DNA of 63,785 bases, the filler included, from Craspedostauros australis (lineage: Eukaryota): assembly GCA_030167865.1 (NCBI GenBank). It is 16 parts of 16 records of this genome, joined end to end, with 100 filler letters (N's around TTAATTAATTAA, not from the genome) between each part and the next. Parts side by side here need not be neighbours in the genome. Positions count along the whole stretch, not along the records: positions 1 to 14,912 come from JALAGF010001540.1; positions 15,013 to 19,293 come from JALAGF010001542.1; positions 19,394 to 20,821 come from JALAGF010001545.1; positions 20,922 to 22,107 come from JALAGF010001546.1; positions 22,208 to 24,573 come from JALAGF010001548.1; 11 more parts are not named here. One strand, 5' to 3'. The notes beneath the pieces are model-generated. The model was not told where the DNA came from, did not search any database, and saw only the letters and a list, made by a program, of their open reading frames with translations. Numbering within the stretch: position 1 is the stretch's first letter; each line of letters begins with the position of its first letter. A program made the position numbers and the translations under genes. Shown piece by piece: positions 11,841 through 24,673 of the stretch.

Positions 11841-13606
11841 ATGAGCTCCGGCCGCAGGTTCATGCATATGGACGTGGATCACAACCACGACGACGACGAT
11901 AACGACGGCGACGACTACGATGAGACGGAGGCGCTGGGTCTCGTGGACAATGGCATTGGTGGGCGCAGCGCCGTGAGACGACCAGCGAGACGCGCTCGTG
12001 ACAGCAACAGCTGCCTGCCCAAGTGCGTGGCCTTCACGTTCCTGTCCCTCACCTGCGCCGCCATCGGTTTCATCGTGGGCGACAACAAGGAGCAAGTGGG
12101 TCAGGCCCTGAACATTCCGTCGCAACCGAATGCGGCGCAGAACAAGGTGCTGTCGTCGCAGGAACTCAAAGACACCTTCAAGTGCCCCTCTATGGATGAG
12201 ACGCCAAGCGACGGCGAGAACTACGACGATGACGTCTTCACGTGGGATTACTTGGCCAATGGCACGCAACCCGAGATGGACGATCTGCAGACCTTCAAGG
12301 ACACCTTCCGCGATCACGTGTTCGATGGCCGCGTCAAGACGTACGCCGCGTTCAAGGAGGAGGTGCGTCTCTTCAAGAAGCAGTATTTCGCGCCCTACCT
12401 CAAGTCCGGCGACGTCATTTACGAATCTGCTTGTGGCATCGGTCTCAATTTGCTGGCAACGTTGGAGATCCTCGAGGAGGAGGAGGGAATCACGGGCATC
12501 ACGGTCTACGGCAACGAGTACATCGCCTTCAATGCCCAGCGCGCCAACACGGTGTTGGATTTCATGTTCAAAGATGCCGGCAACGGCAACGAGGTGGGCC
12601 AGATCTGTCCTGGAGATTCCTCCAACCTTCCCTTCGTGCCCGACAATGCCTTTGATTTGGTTTACACGGGTTACGTCAGGTGCGTCACGTCATTGCACTT
12701 GTATTTGCACTTGCATATGTGTTTGTATTTATACCGAGTATTGCGGGTCATTGAACACGCGCGTGCATGCGCTGCCATGGACGTTGCGCTTGTTCTGCAG
12801 CTGCCCCAGTCAGTTGGAATCAAGGTGGAACTTGGAATGTGGTGATCATGTCACCGATTGCAGGTCGTCGGAGATACCAAGAGCCCGGAGGACCATCAGG
12901 CCGTCACAATGTGTTTCGCATGCAAATTTCCGTTTACGCTTGTGATGAGGTGTGCAATCATTCACGCCCCTCCTCGTACTATTATTATTGTACATCATTC
13001 ATCGGCACCTCAACCTCTCACTCAAACAACAACAACGGCAACACTGGCTGCGATTATGTTGGCATTGACACCGACGATCACGACGACCAAAACCATACTC
13101 GTACGCCACATTGCATTGGCTCCACCCGCCCTTGTGCACCACTCTGATTCCATAGTCCGCTTTGGGATCCGCTGCAATTCGACAAAGACTTCGAACAGAA
13201 CTACAAGCTGCTCAAGGCCATGTGCAAACTCGTGGCCGCGAAGGATGATCCTGACACTGATGATTACTTCGATGCTTTGGAAGGCGGCAACGACGATGCC
13301 ATACAGACGGCGCTTTCCACGGTTGAGGCCAAGAAGCTGCTGTCCATCATGCAAGAGCGACAGGCGGAATGGGTCAACCGATGGGTGGTGGAGATGATCC
13401 GCATCGCCAAGCCGGGTGCGCCCGTCATTATCGAGCTCTTGGCGCCGCCGTACTGCCAGAAGAAGCATGACTGGGGTGGCGTGGATAGCGACTTTTGGGA
13501 GACGGGCGTGGAGAAGTACGGTTGGGATGTGGTTCCAGGTTCCATCACAAGGGTGGATCCGGAACATGCAACCCGATACAACATCGTCATGCTCAAGAAT
13601 GCGTGA
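11841..13606 (+). CDS. Membrane-anchored class I SAM-dependent methyltransferase-like protein, 2 exons, 429 aa
   Basis: Exons 11841-12679 and 13156-13606 total 1290 nt; the junction reads YTGYVSPLWDPL. Motif I IYESACGIGLN, GDSSNLPFVPDNAFDLV, EMIRIAKPGAPVII; N-terminal TM. Confidence 0.85.
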
Positions 13607-14912
13607 TTTGGAAGAGATGTGGCCGTCGTACCATCTCCTATTATACCATACTGTTGCTTGTATCACAGGAGGCATCATTCTGCTTTCACTCGCACTTTAG
13701 AGCGATGTGGGGGTTAGAGCACGTAGCGTGGAGCATGATGCATATTATTCTGGAGCAAGCTGCACTAGACGGACTCTGTTTCAAACGAAGGCGAGTACAG
13801 ACCTGTTACCAAACGCCATTTGGAATTCCACAGAATGTTCCACTGGTGCCGTCGGGTATGATTGAGATGCTGTGGCGCAGTCAATCCATCATGTGGTCCA
13901 CCCCACCGGGAGTATTCGAAACTGTTCTTAAATTCAGACATTAATCTTCAGTATTATCGCACGAGCCAAGGCATGACGTGCGGTACCCCCAGTGAACCTT
14001 GGCTGTGTTTGAAGGAGAAGAAAATCACGCTCAGCCTGGTGCCACATCAACGTTGAAACGGCTGGCGAGGTGCCACACGACGCTTCAAGCTCAGACAACT
14101 CGTGCCCTCCTCATCTTGGTCTCGCCTTGGTGGCACAATGGCGCATAGCGCGACAGCTTACGCGATGTAGACATTGTTTCTGTGTATCATGCCTCGCTAG
14201 CTGGTACGGGCAGTCGATGACCAACACCAGCACTCGCCCGTGGCATCACATAGACCCCAGGAGAGCCCGAACGGGCAGCTGCGGTGCACAGCATGTCTGC
14301 ACTTTCCTTCGGCGACATTCGCCTGGCCATGGAGCGCCTCAACGAGGGCGAGAGGAGCCCCGTTCTTGGGTGGACCCGGAACCCTTTCGGCGGTCGATGG
14401 TACCACATCGTGTCATTCTCACTCTGGGGTTCGTCTCTACTCGTATGGCCAATCCCAGGGTTGTTTACGACTACACTGACAGAACAGATCGAGGCACGTT
14501 GGTTGCGGAGTGATGGATGAGGGTTTCGCGATTCCGGCCAACCTCTCCCGTTCTCTACCATCCTCTCTTTGTTGTCGCGATCAAGAACTATACCAATTGC
14601 GGAAGAGTCATCATGAATTCGCTGTCTCATAAATCCCCAACACTGTGCTCGCAGCAACGATACTAAGATTGGCTCCTTTGGCTTTCGTTCTTCACGACGA
14701 TGGGGTACAAGTACCTCGCCTCTCGGTTGTGGCTGTCGCAAACCGTGGATCTGGGATTGGGGTCACACACCCTACATCTTGGCTTGTGGTGAGGAGTTAG
14801 GACCCGGGTTCAACAGGATCGATGGATATTCCCCGATGATTCCAAATTGCTGCCTCTTAAACTTCACACATCGATAGCCCTATATGTGAGGACCCTACAC
14901 AACCCTCAAGAC

Positions 14913-15012
14913 NNNNNNNNNNNNNNNNNNNNNNNNNNNNNNNNNNNNNNNNNNNNTTAATTAATTAANNNNNNNNNNNNNNNNNNNNNNNNNNNNNNNN
15001 NNNNNNNNNNNN
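14913..15012. other. Artificial contig linker (N-run, TTAATTAATTAA, N-run)
   Basis: Six-frame stop linker. The 12-mer starts at 14957, 19338, 20866, 22152, 24618, 26653, 27915, 29156, 31063, 33816, 35003, 42009, 48052, 58702 and 60157. Confidence 0.98.
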
Positions 15013-15604
15013 CATGCGTATCCAACTTGCTTCAACTCAAGCAATGGAATCCGAGTGTCAGCTTCAGCCACAGCCACTGCTTCATGACCGTCACCACTGA
15101 TTGTCATGACCTACACTGCAGTGTAACTACATGTGCGGAGAGCAANNNNNNNNNNNNNNNNNNNNNNNNNNNNNNNNNNNNNNNNNNNNNNNNNNNNNNN
15201 NNNNNNNNNNNNNNNNNNNNNNNNNNNNNNNNNNNNNNNNNNNNNNNNNNNNNNNNNNNNNNNNNNNNNNNNNNNNNNNNNNNNNNNNNNNNNNNNNNNN
15301 NNNNNNNNNNNNNNNNNNNNNNNNNNNNNNACACCTCTCTTGAACTGCATCACACGGCTATCCCGAAGCCGGCAGATTCACGAGGCATTCTCCACCGATT
15401 CGCGACGCCTACGCACGAATCCTAACTTATGGTAATCTATTGTGTTGAACTCTATTCTATGATATGTTTGTGCATGGTGAAAATTGTGTGTCTGTGTGCA
15501 GACAGGCAGTGTAGGTACTGCAGATAGTATTCATGGTTGCGTACTCGTTCGGCGATTGGCTGCAACTGCATCTGCGACTTCAAGTCTAAGCGCAGGAAAG
15601 CAAG

Positions 15605-16935
15605 TTACTGAACCATCATGGCTGGCAGCACCTTGTGCAGAACAGGACTGAACCATTGCTGGACAATCTCCTTCGATCCGTACCATCTCGATTCCGAGGC
15701 TTCAGATGTGGGAGATGTGCGTTGATCGTGCTCATGTTGATGCTGATGCTGGTTCTGCAGCATGGAGGTGTGGTACACGTTGTCCAAGGTGATCTGGAGA
15801 TTGGAACCCTCCAGGTGCGCAAGCGGGACAGGGACGATGCCATCACCGTCCTGGTGTCCTTGACCGGACAGCAACTTGTACGATTGGTACGCAAGCATGT
15901 GATCAGCATCTGGCTGTGAGGTGATGGTGTGTGGGGAAGGGATGTCCGCTTGCTGCTGCTCGACATTCAATGCGGATCCGGCAGCAGACACGTAGAAGAG
16001 ACGGTCGTTGAAGAAGGCACCTGGGAAGGTGTCGTGAACGATGCGGAGTGCACCGCCGGTGATGTCGACGGAACCCTTGGGGCATGGGATGTGGGGAGAT
16101 CCGAGCGTGACGATTCCCAGAATGCTGTCGATGTCAATCTGCAGATCCTTGCTGTTGGTGTCATCCATTCCGTATCCGACAGCGGCTCTGTTTGTTGGAA
16201 GGAGGCGAATGATGAATGATGAAAGATGCATGGTGATGATGCATGGGGGAGAACGCGGGTGTTGATAGTGTGAGTGAAATGAATAGAGGAGAGCAGAGCA
16301 GAGCACTCAAGCATGCACAGTAGCAGTCGCATAGGAGCAAAGCCGCACCAAACTCACCTTGCGAGCCAGCCACCGGCGGAGTGTCCCACCAGGATGATCT
16401 TGGCGGTCGTGCCTTCCTCNNNNNNNNNNNNCTGGATTCTCTTGACCTCTTTCGCCACCTTCTGAAGGTACCATCGGTACGCCCACTTGGTTGCTGGTGC
16501 CTTGAAGGTCATGAAGTCGAGATCGCACATGCCGAATGCGATGGTCTGTGCCCAATCATGTCGCTGGAGTGGCAGGACGTGGATGTGATCCATTGCGTTG
16601 GTCATGTCGTCGTTGGTCATGTTGTTGTTGCTGTTGCTGTTGTTGCTGCCCCACCATCCAGCGTCGATGGCTTGCTGTGCGATGTTGGGAACAAGGTCAT
16701 CGACGTAGTCGCTGGCTGCGGTTGCGAAGCCTGGGAGAACGAGGACGTGCGTTTGCTGTGGATTGATGTGAGTTGCCGTGGCGGCTGGCGGCGGTCCTTG
16801 TCGTGTGTGTGTGGTTGATGTTTTTGACGCCGATGGTGTGTTGTGTGTCACCCACGCTTGGCAGTTTGTGATGGAGTTGCACAGACACAGCAGCGTGAGT
16901 GTGATGAGTGCCGTCGTGTTGTTGTATGCTGTCAT
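15605..16935 (-). CDS. PGAP1-like alpha/beta hydrolase (lipase/deacylase) with signal peptide, 2 exons
   Basis: Exons 16935-16358 and 16187-15605. Nucleophile elbow ILVGHSAGGWLARAA spans the junction; also VLPGF, IVTLGSPH, DGDGIVP and LDNVYH (catalytic D/H). Confidence 0.88.
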
Positions 16936-18937
16936 TGCGGTTGTTGTTACTGTTCTTCTTCTTCTTCGGATGCCCTTGTTGGATTGTGTTGTGTGTGTGG
17001 AGCGGATGTATTCTCTTGATTGTTGTTGTTGTTGTAGTTGTTGCTGTTATTGTTGTTGCGGTTTGTGGAGTGGATGGGTTTGTATTTTGTGAGAGGAAGG
17101 TTGAGCCGCTTCGTTTTGTTTTGCTTCTCACAGACACCACAAGAAGATGAAGAAGGTACCAGCTTGCCGATTCAAGAGCGGCAACCTCCGCAATCTGTCA
17201 TACAGGTTCCAGTCATGGCGGAATACATGCGAGTGCAGAGAACACAACACCCTGGAGCAGTCTCAGCCACACTTCCATCCCCAAGCATTGGTCTTGTTCG
17301 GCACACAGGAAATAGAGGTGGGACCACAAGCAGCGAGTACCGCAAAACACACGAAGTTGTGGCGTTGTGTGGTGAAAGTGAGCTTCACTGAACGTTTGGA
17401 AACAGGAACACCGGTTTGTCATGAATTAGTTGCCACGTCCATCCTTGGCGGCCAATCAGAAGCCTCTACCAGTCCTTCGCCAATACAACTTCAATGGTCT
17501 CACACCCAACCACGAACAACACGTTACGAAAGACAACATCCCTTCTCCCCTCCCCACACAAAGAACAACAACAATCCGAGATACACAGTTGGGCGTGCTG
17601 GTCGTGAATGACTTATCCTGCCCATTCCAACTGTTAATTGGCTCTCGGAGAAACCCCCATAAATCCGCAAACATCATCACCACTGCGCAATGCGCAGCCA
17701 AGAGAACAACAACAACAACAAGAACAGCGGGCCCTTCACGACTCAACCAGTTCACATGTTCACCAAACAAGATGGAGCAAACTGGTTGCAGAGCAACTGC
17801 AGAGCGGAGGATGGATGGTATGCATGGTATGCACGGTACGCATGGCGAAGATGGTATTGGTTTGCATGATTGGGTCTGGATCACCATGATGATGAAGACG
17901 ACGACGATGATGATGATGATGATAGCAAGCACGCAGGATGTGGCCTTGCCGCCAGTCTATCACTGTGTGCGGGTCTCTGTTCTCGGTTTTGCAATTGCGG
18001 TCGCGAGTGTTGCCGCAGTCTCCCGCCACAACTGGACGCCATACTCGGACTCAAATAGCGAGGCACACAGAGTAGCTGGTCTTCAAGTGTTGCACGATTG
18101 GTGACGGTGCTCAAGCTGATGTTCCCTGTCAATGCTCCATCATCACGAAATCTGCTGGACCGCTGGGTTGTATGTACCTGCTTCGAACATGTGTAGGTCG
18201 TCTGTGTGGATGATGAGACGTGCGCATCTGTCCGAGTATGAATACATGCTGAGAGAGAAGAGGAGGAAGGATGGCACGATCAGGAGGATGTCCATGGTTC
18301 GGACTTGCAGGGCGCGAGTATCGTGCTGGTTTGTGTTGCTTGGTGTGATGGCATCCATAGACTGGTCTGCATGGTGAGGAGTTTTGCGTTGCCACTCTGC
18401 CGTTGCTTGAGCCAAAGTATGTGGTATGTGGTGTGTGATTTGATTTGAATTGGGATTGGGATCACCACGCAAGACCAACCTCTCCCCACTCACCGGTGTT
18501 GTTGCATCATTACTCTTGCCTCGTTCGTAAGCACATGTTGAGCGTTTGTGTGTGAACACCAAATGTTCGCCGTTGGCGTGGACTGGTGAATGACGTGTTT
18601 CGACAACCAACCAGATCGCTCCTTCACATTTCGGGATTGGTGATTGAGTCTCGTGGGGAGAAGGGGACTGATCAAACTGGTGACGTTGCTGTGAATGGCG
18701 ATTCTACATAGAGTATTATGACGCTAACGCCCACGAACCATACAAATGATGTCATGAACGAATGCAATTCACGTTGTTGCTGTACCCGCTGTGTTGTTGA
18801 CTCGTCATTCTTGTCCCTCTGTGCAGTCTTCTCCATTGTGGTTGTGTTTGTGGATGTGCACGACTGCCTGTTGGTGTGGATTCTTCCGATGTCCATCCTC
18901 TCCTCACAAAATCAAAAGCGATACAAACACAACAGCC

Positions 18938-18971
<34 letters not shown>

Positions 18972-18972
18972 C
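18938..18972. repeat. (CAA)n microsatellite
   Basis: About 11 perfect copies. Confidence 0.9.
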
Positions 18973-19393
18973 GAAGCAAAAGAGGACAATCAGACTCTAC
19001 CCAATCAACAACAAATAATACACACAACACACACCACACACACAATACCTTCCACCTCACTCACTCGGCAAACCGATAGCACTAGTTGTAGAGTTTTTGC
19101 TGTTTTTCTGGCCAGAATGACTCGTGTTTGCATGATCCCGGGAGTATCGGCAATGCTCCCAACACTACAGTTTCTAAAACCAACGAGTGGCCAGTGGCGT
19201 GACTGGTCGCAACTCACAAAACTGAGCAACAGAGGTTTGCGTTGTTGTCGAACACCCATCATCATCTTATGGCATCACACCTGTCCCCTCTCCNNNNNNN
19301 NNNNNNNNNNNNNNNNNNNNNNNNNNNNNNNNNNNNNTTAATTAATTAANNNNNNNNNNNNNNNNNNNNNNNNNNNNNNNNNNNNNNNNNNNN

Positions 19394-20677
19394 ATAGAGT
19401 TGCTGAAAGGCAGGGTCAAGGAGGTAGGACATTTGTTGCAGTCCGATCCAATTCTGGAACAGAGTATGGAATGATGCGAACCGAGATGCATCGGTGTACT
19501 TGTACTTGCTGGGCATATTGATGGTCCTCTTGATCATTTTGGGATGATGCAACGCCCCTGAAGTCACATGGTTGGGCAAGGCTGGTGACGTCGAGATGGG
19601 AGTCCTGGACGGACTGGGTACGGACTGAACCGGACTCACACTTGGGATGTTGGGAGCACGAGAGTTCCAGTCGTTGTGGTCGTTGCGGTGAAAAGCGGAT
19701 GGTGTAGTGGACGGATGAGTGTGATGGTCACGGTTGTGTCGGCGGTGACCGCCTGTGGGGTCTCTATTGGTCGCAGAAGCGGATGAGGGTGATGAGGAAT
19801 GGATGAAGGATGTGCCTTCATTGTTTCTGGGGTTCCGGTTGTGTGCTCTATCGGTTTGGTTGGTGAGCGACGGTACCGGCTGTTGGGTGTCTTGGAATGT
19901 GAAGCGACTTGGAATGCTATCCATGGGAGCCATGGACTGGACTTCGTTGTCGAATCCCAGCAGGTCTGCACGTGCGGTGGACTCGTTGATTGTCCCAAGC
20001 TGTTGGTTGTTCAGTGTGAACGTGTCAGTCGCTGTGGCTGGGTTGTTTGTACGCGACGTGACGTTCGTGGTTGTTGGGGTTCTTGGGGATGCAGGTGGAG
20101 CGAGGATGCGTTGGACAGCTGCTGCTGGTTGGGGCAGTTCGTAGTTTTTGTCGTTTTGCATCGCTCGACGGTATTTCTCCAGGTTCTGCTTCCATGTGGA
20201 GATGGCCTTCTGGGTGGCAGCGTCGTTGAGAGGGTTCGAGGTCAACCTGCGTGTATACATGTTGATTTTGCGGAGGTCAGGCAAATCTTCGCTGGTTGCG
20301 TCAATCGCGTTGTTCTCCATCAGGGCCTTCTCATCGATGTAGCTGCGGATATGTCTCATGCGAACGAAGTCAGGCATGAGCATGTCAGGATCCACTGGTG
20401 TGATGAGTCTACCAAGGGAGGTGTGGATGTCTTCTCCACCAAAGAAGTGGATGTCGGCAAGGAGCTGCACCTTCGTCATACCATCGATCAGCATGAAGCG
20501 ATCGAGGAGTGGGAACAGGCAGCAGAATGCGTTTGAGAACTGGAGTTCCTCAAGGAGGTACTTCACTGTCTCGAGGGAGACGTCAGGAGGGTTGTCCTGC
20601 GCCTTCAGGAAGCTCCTCATGATCGTTTGCGCGTCCATCGTCTTGCCTGTTGTCTGTACCGTTCTCTTGCTCGTCAC
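19394..20677 (-). mobile_element. Gag-like N-terminal ORF of a diatom Ty1/copia (CoDi-like) retrotransposon, 3' truncated by contig end
   Basis: Long low-complexity ORF ending in KYTDASRFASFHTLFQNWIGLQQMSYLLDPAFQQLY, which aligns by eye with the ORF behind the LTR at 39100. Confidence 0.55.
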
Positions 20678-20921
20678 CGTTGTCTCTCTGTTCGCGTGTT
20701 GGGTCGGTTGTCGGTCGTATCCTTCGCTGCACCGTTGCTTCGCCGTTTCTTCGCTGTCTGTCGCTACTCTCGGCCTCCTTCGATGCTTCGCTTGGATATC
20801 ACGTACAACCCAATCCCCCCCNNNNNNNNNNNNNNNNNNNNNNNNNNNNNNNNNNNNNNNNNNNNTTAATTAATTAANNNNNNNNNNNNNNNNNNNNNNN
20901 NNNNNNNNNNNNNNNNNNNNN

Positions 20922-22107
20922 AGGGACCTCTGGTTGCTCATCCTGGGTTGTGGGAGGCACTGGTTCTGCCGTCTCGGTAGGTTCTTCCATGGTCGTGGTG
21001 GGGGCACTTTCCGTGTTGATGGTCCCGCTTGTGGATTTCTTGGCGGATCTGACCTGTTTGATCATCTTGATTCCCGACGTTCCCGAGGAAATGGTGGAGT
21101 CCTCGGATTCGTCGAAGAGCCCCTCTCTTTTGGGACGGTTGTTTTGCTTGCTGCTGGNTCCAGAGCNGGGTCGTCGNGACGCTTGGCTTCGTTTGGTCGA
21201 CTTGCCTTCTGGTCGGTAGATGGACCCAGAATCGTCGCTGTCGCCGGGCTCNGGGANGGATGNGCTGTCCANGGAATGGTCGGNTGGGATCATNGGCTTT
21301 GGGCGTACCTTGTCGGTNTACCCTTGTCCATCTCGCGTGGCTGTCANGATTTTGGACGCCGGTGATGGTCGTGAGGATCGCCTGACGGGAGGTCTGGGGT
21401 GGCTGATTACCGCTCCACTTGCGATCTCTGCCTCCACGTCGATCACACTTCCTGGGTCCTGCGATTCTTGGTCTCCATCGCGGTATGCCTCTGATTCAGA
21501 TTCCAGATGGCTGGCTTCTTCTGCGGACATCTTTTCGTCGAAGTATCCGTCAGGGATCTCGTCCAGGAACCTTCCTTCTGGTGTNNNNNNNNNNNNNNNN
21601 NNNNNNNNNNNNNNNNNNNNNNNNNNNNNNNNNNNNNNNNNNNNNNNNNNNNNNNNNNNNNNNNNNNNNNNNNNNNNNNNNNNNNNNNNNNNNNNNNNNN
21701 NNNNNNNNNNNNNNNNNNNNNNNNNNNNNNNNNNNNNNNNNGCCTTCCTTGCGCGTGCGAGGATGATCGGGATCCGGTTCTTCCTCACTTTGAAAAAGTG
21801 GCATATGGATGGCTTCCGCATGGTTGCGCGGTACTCGTCGGGTGGTTCGCCCCATGCGCCGTCCTCCTTGGGGTAGAAGCACTGACCATCGGCTATGGCG
21901 ATGCTGAGGACCTCGGTGGTTTGGAGGTCGTTATCCAGGTACTCGGAGAGGGTGAGAGGGTAGATGGATTGCTTCTCTACGTGGGAAACACGGCCGGCTG
22001 GTGTATTATCGTTTCCCTTCGTACAGAAGATTCGGACTCTGCGGCCACTGTATCCGACGACGATTCCTTGGAAGGGTCCCTTCTTTCCTGCGGGATATAG
22101 TACCCTG
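20922..22107 (-). CDS. Hypothetical protein fragment, frame open across the whole contig, possibly transposon-derived
   Basis: Frame reads RVLYPAGKKGPFQGIVVGYSG...MRKPSICHFF into an acidic, Ser-rich tail; contains an N gap and scattered single Ns. Confidence 0.4.
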
Positions 22108-22207
22108 NNNNNNNNNNNNNNNNNNNNNNNNNNNNNNNNNNNNNNNNNNNNTTAATTAATTAANNNNNNNNNNNNNNNNNNNNNNNNNNNNNNNNNNNNN
22201 NNNNNNN

Positions 22208-22588
22208 CTCCCAGAAGCAAGATTGATGGGAGAAGACAGAGAACACGAGCAAGTTATTGTGAAAGGAGATTGGGCAAAAACGTGCAGATACAGTGCATTT
22301 CTGGCTGCAAATGCAAGACTTTCTGGCAAGGAGGGAACCAAACCTAAACGGGTTACCAGGATGTGTAGCTTCTGCCAAGTCTATATCTGTAGGGATCATT
22401 GGGGTATATACCATGGAAAGAAGTGAAACAGACACAAACAAAAAATCAGCAGTTTCTCACGATAACACTAGTTGTGAGGGGTACAGACTTAGTTTTCACG
22501 TAGGCCCTGGTAGGGAAAATTCGTTCAAAAAACAACTAGTGTCATTATATCGCCCATAATATGGGCGTTAAGCTCCGGTCGTAAAGGG
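22208..22588 (+). mobile_element. 3' end of a piggyBac-like DNA transposon (transposase C-terminus plus right terminus)
   Basis: ORF 22208-22426 ends in Cys/His domain TCRYS...RMCSFCQVYICRDHWGIYH. Subterminal inverted repeat ACACTAGTTG/CAACTAGTGT, palindrome CGCCCATAATATGGGCG, terminus ...AAAGGG at 22588. Confidence 0.65.
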
Positions 22589-22691
22589 ATAGTATGACCA
22601 GTGTGCACGACATTGCGGTCAATGGCAACAGTGATACAGCAGAGTAGTCGTACTCTATCACAGCCTACCGTATCATATTCTATCGGATCCA

Positions 22692-22900
22692 TCATTCGCA
22701 CATATTGCAACAGGTGCATTCTGGGCCGCACTGATATCCCACCCGCGTGGCTGTGGTGCCAAATGCGCAGAATGTTTCTTCGAAAGCACCTGGATCCAGG
22801 GTGTTGCCTTGCAGGAAGATCTCCACCATTGCGGTTGGCCAATCCAGGAAGGAGAGTGGAATCGTCCCCGTGATCTTATTGTTCCCCACATCGAAGGCAG
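22692..22900 (-). pseudogene. Last exon of an LRR gene whose upstream part is displaced by an insertion
   Basis: Acceptor cccaacag followed by AFDVGNNKITGTIP...LQGNTL...CGPECTCCNMCE*; unrelated sequence starts at about 22949. Confidence 0.65.
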
Positions 22901-23057
22901 CTGTTGGGGGAGAGGTGGCATCAAATTGAGCGGTGGGAGGTTGCAGGTGATATATTGGTAAGTCCATTGGTATAGTTTCGGAACTCCGACAAACCAAACC
23001 AAAGAAAAATAAAAACTAATTAATACCCTAACACAACACAAACAACAGCAAAGCAAA

Positions 23058-24573
23058 ATGACTTCGAACGACGAACCCAACACGAGCAACCGCGAAGAGA
23101 CGAAGGCAGAAGATGGCCCAACCTTGCCACCTCCCACCAAGGAACCTGACAAACCTGCGAACCCAAGAGAGGACGATACAGGCAACCATCATCGCGCCCG
23201 ACGACAAGCAAAAAGAGCCATCCCTTACGATGGAGGAACCGAGGAGAACGACCCCGACGACGTGTCCATCACCTACAAGCCAAGATCCAGCACGTTCAAG
23301 ACCGCGGCCAACAAGACCGGCATCGACATCACGCCATTCGCACGAGCAACAGGAGACGGATCCATCGACAGATCAGCAAAAGCAGCATGGAGAGCCAGAG
23401 CAATCTGGTATAACAAGGATGAGGCGACGGCCGACCGCGAAAACCCGACCATCAAACAGTGGGAGCACTTCTTCAGAGATCTCGCAGACGGAAGGGTCAC
23501 ATCATTCGGGCCCATCACGCTGCCCAACAGAGACCCCACAAGAATGAGGCTCCTGCAATTCGTCATCAACGTTGCATCCACCGATCCCCACGAGGTATTC
23601 AAAGTACATCTCAACGACGACGGCACGGTACGAACGGCAAGAGCAGTCAAAGTATGGAAGGCCGCGAATCGACTCATGGGCTCCAACTACGATCTGGGAG
23701 CAGCACCTCTCGCAGACAACGACATCCACATCGACACAATGGAAGGCCTCACACTCCAGACGGAAGGCGCGGAAGCGAGCACAGCCAGGATGTCCACAAG
23801 CCAAGCATTTGCAGCCATGCCAATCGACACAACCACGGGATCCATCAGCACAGACAGCGAGTCGTACACCAGCCGCCAGCCGTCCAAACGCACCAGATTC
23901 AAATCTCCGAAACAGACAACCGACATGCCACGAGTCAGCCAGAACAGCACGAACAACTCGCAATCTTCAGGGACGACAAGCAGCAACGATTCGTCAACTG
24001 ACTCAGGCGTGACCAGACACAGAAGTGGCCCTCGGAACCCTGCCAACCGCAAGCCGTCCACAGACGACAACTCCGTCAGCTCAGATGAGGAATCCAACAC
24101 ATCCCAGGCAAAGATAGCACCACCGCGACACGAGCACACCACCAGATTCACAATCAAACTCAACGTCGACAGAACCGAAGACGACACCACAGCCGCAGTG
24201 CGAGAGCGCATCAAGCGATGGTTCCGGCAGGTCCGACGAATCGATCCTACAGCGGTGATCCTCCCATGGAGAGAGTCGGCCAACACAGGTCCCCACATCG
24301 CCCACTCAGGACAAATTCCAGAGAGAATGGAGGACCTCAGAACCTTCTTTCAAGGATTGCGAGCGCCATCCGGGGCAACAGGAATCACGTACGCGAAAGT
24401 CCGCATCACCACCAGAGATGATCCCTTCGACATCACGGCAGACCGCAACGCGGAGCTCAACCCATACTACTACAACGAGCATGAGGGATTGTACAAAGCC
24501 CAGCTCCAAGACGCAGAAGAGGTGAAAGAGATCGGCTTCCTACTATACTCTGGAGGATTCACAGACGTGGACA
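23058..24573 (+). mobile_element. ORF1-like protein of a non-LTR retrotransposon, 3' truncated
   Basis: Intronless ORF after a short A-rich leader; disordered S/T region, then RFTIKLNV...WFRQVRRIDPTAVILPW...IGFLLYS, resembling diatom LINE ORF1 from recall. No RT is visible in this contig. Confidence 0.5.
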
Positions 24574-24673
24574 NNNNNNNNNNNNNNNNNNNNNNNNNNN
24601 NNNNNNNNNNNNNNNNNTTAATTAATTAANNNNNNNNNNNNNNNNNNNNNNNNNNNNNNNNNNNNNNNNNNNN

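Noticed and set aside
14957..14968. Recurrent TTAATTAATTAA as a biological repeat or piggyBac target
   Set aside because: It is always centred in fixed-length N runs, so it is an artificial linker; ORFs ending in X..LIN are artefacts
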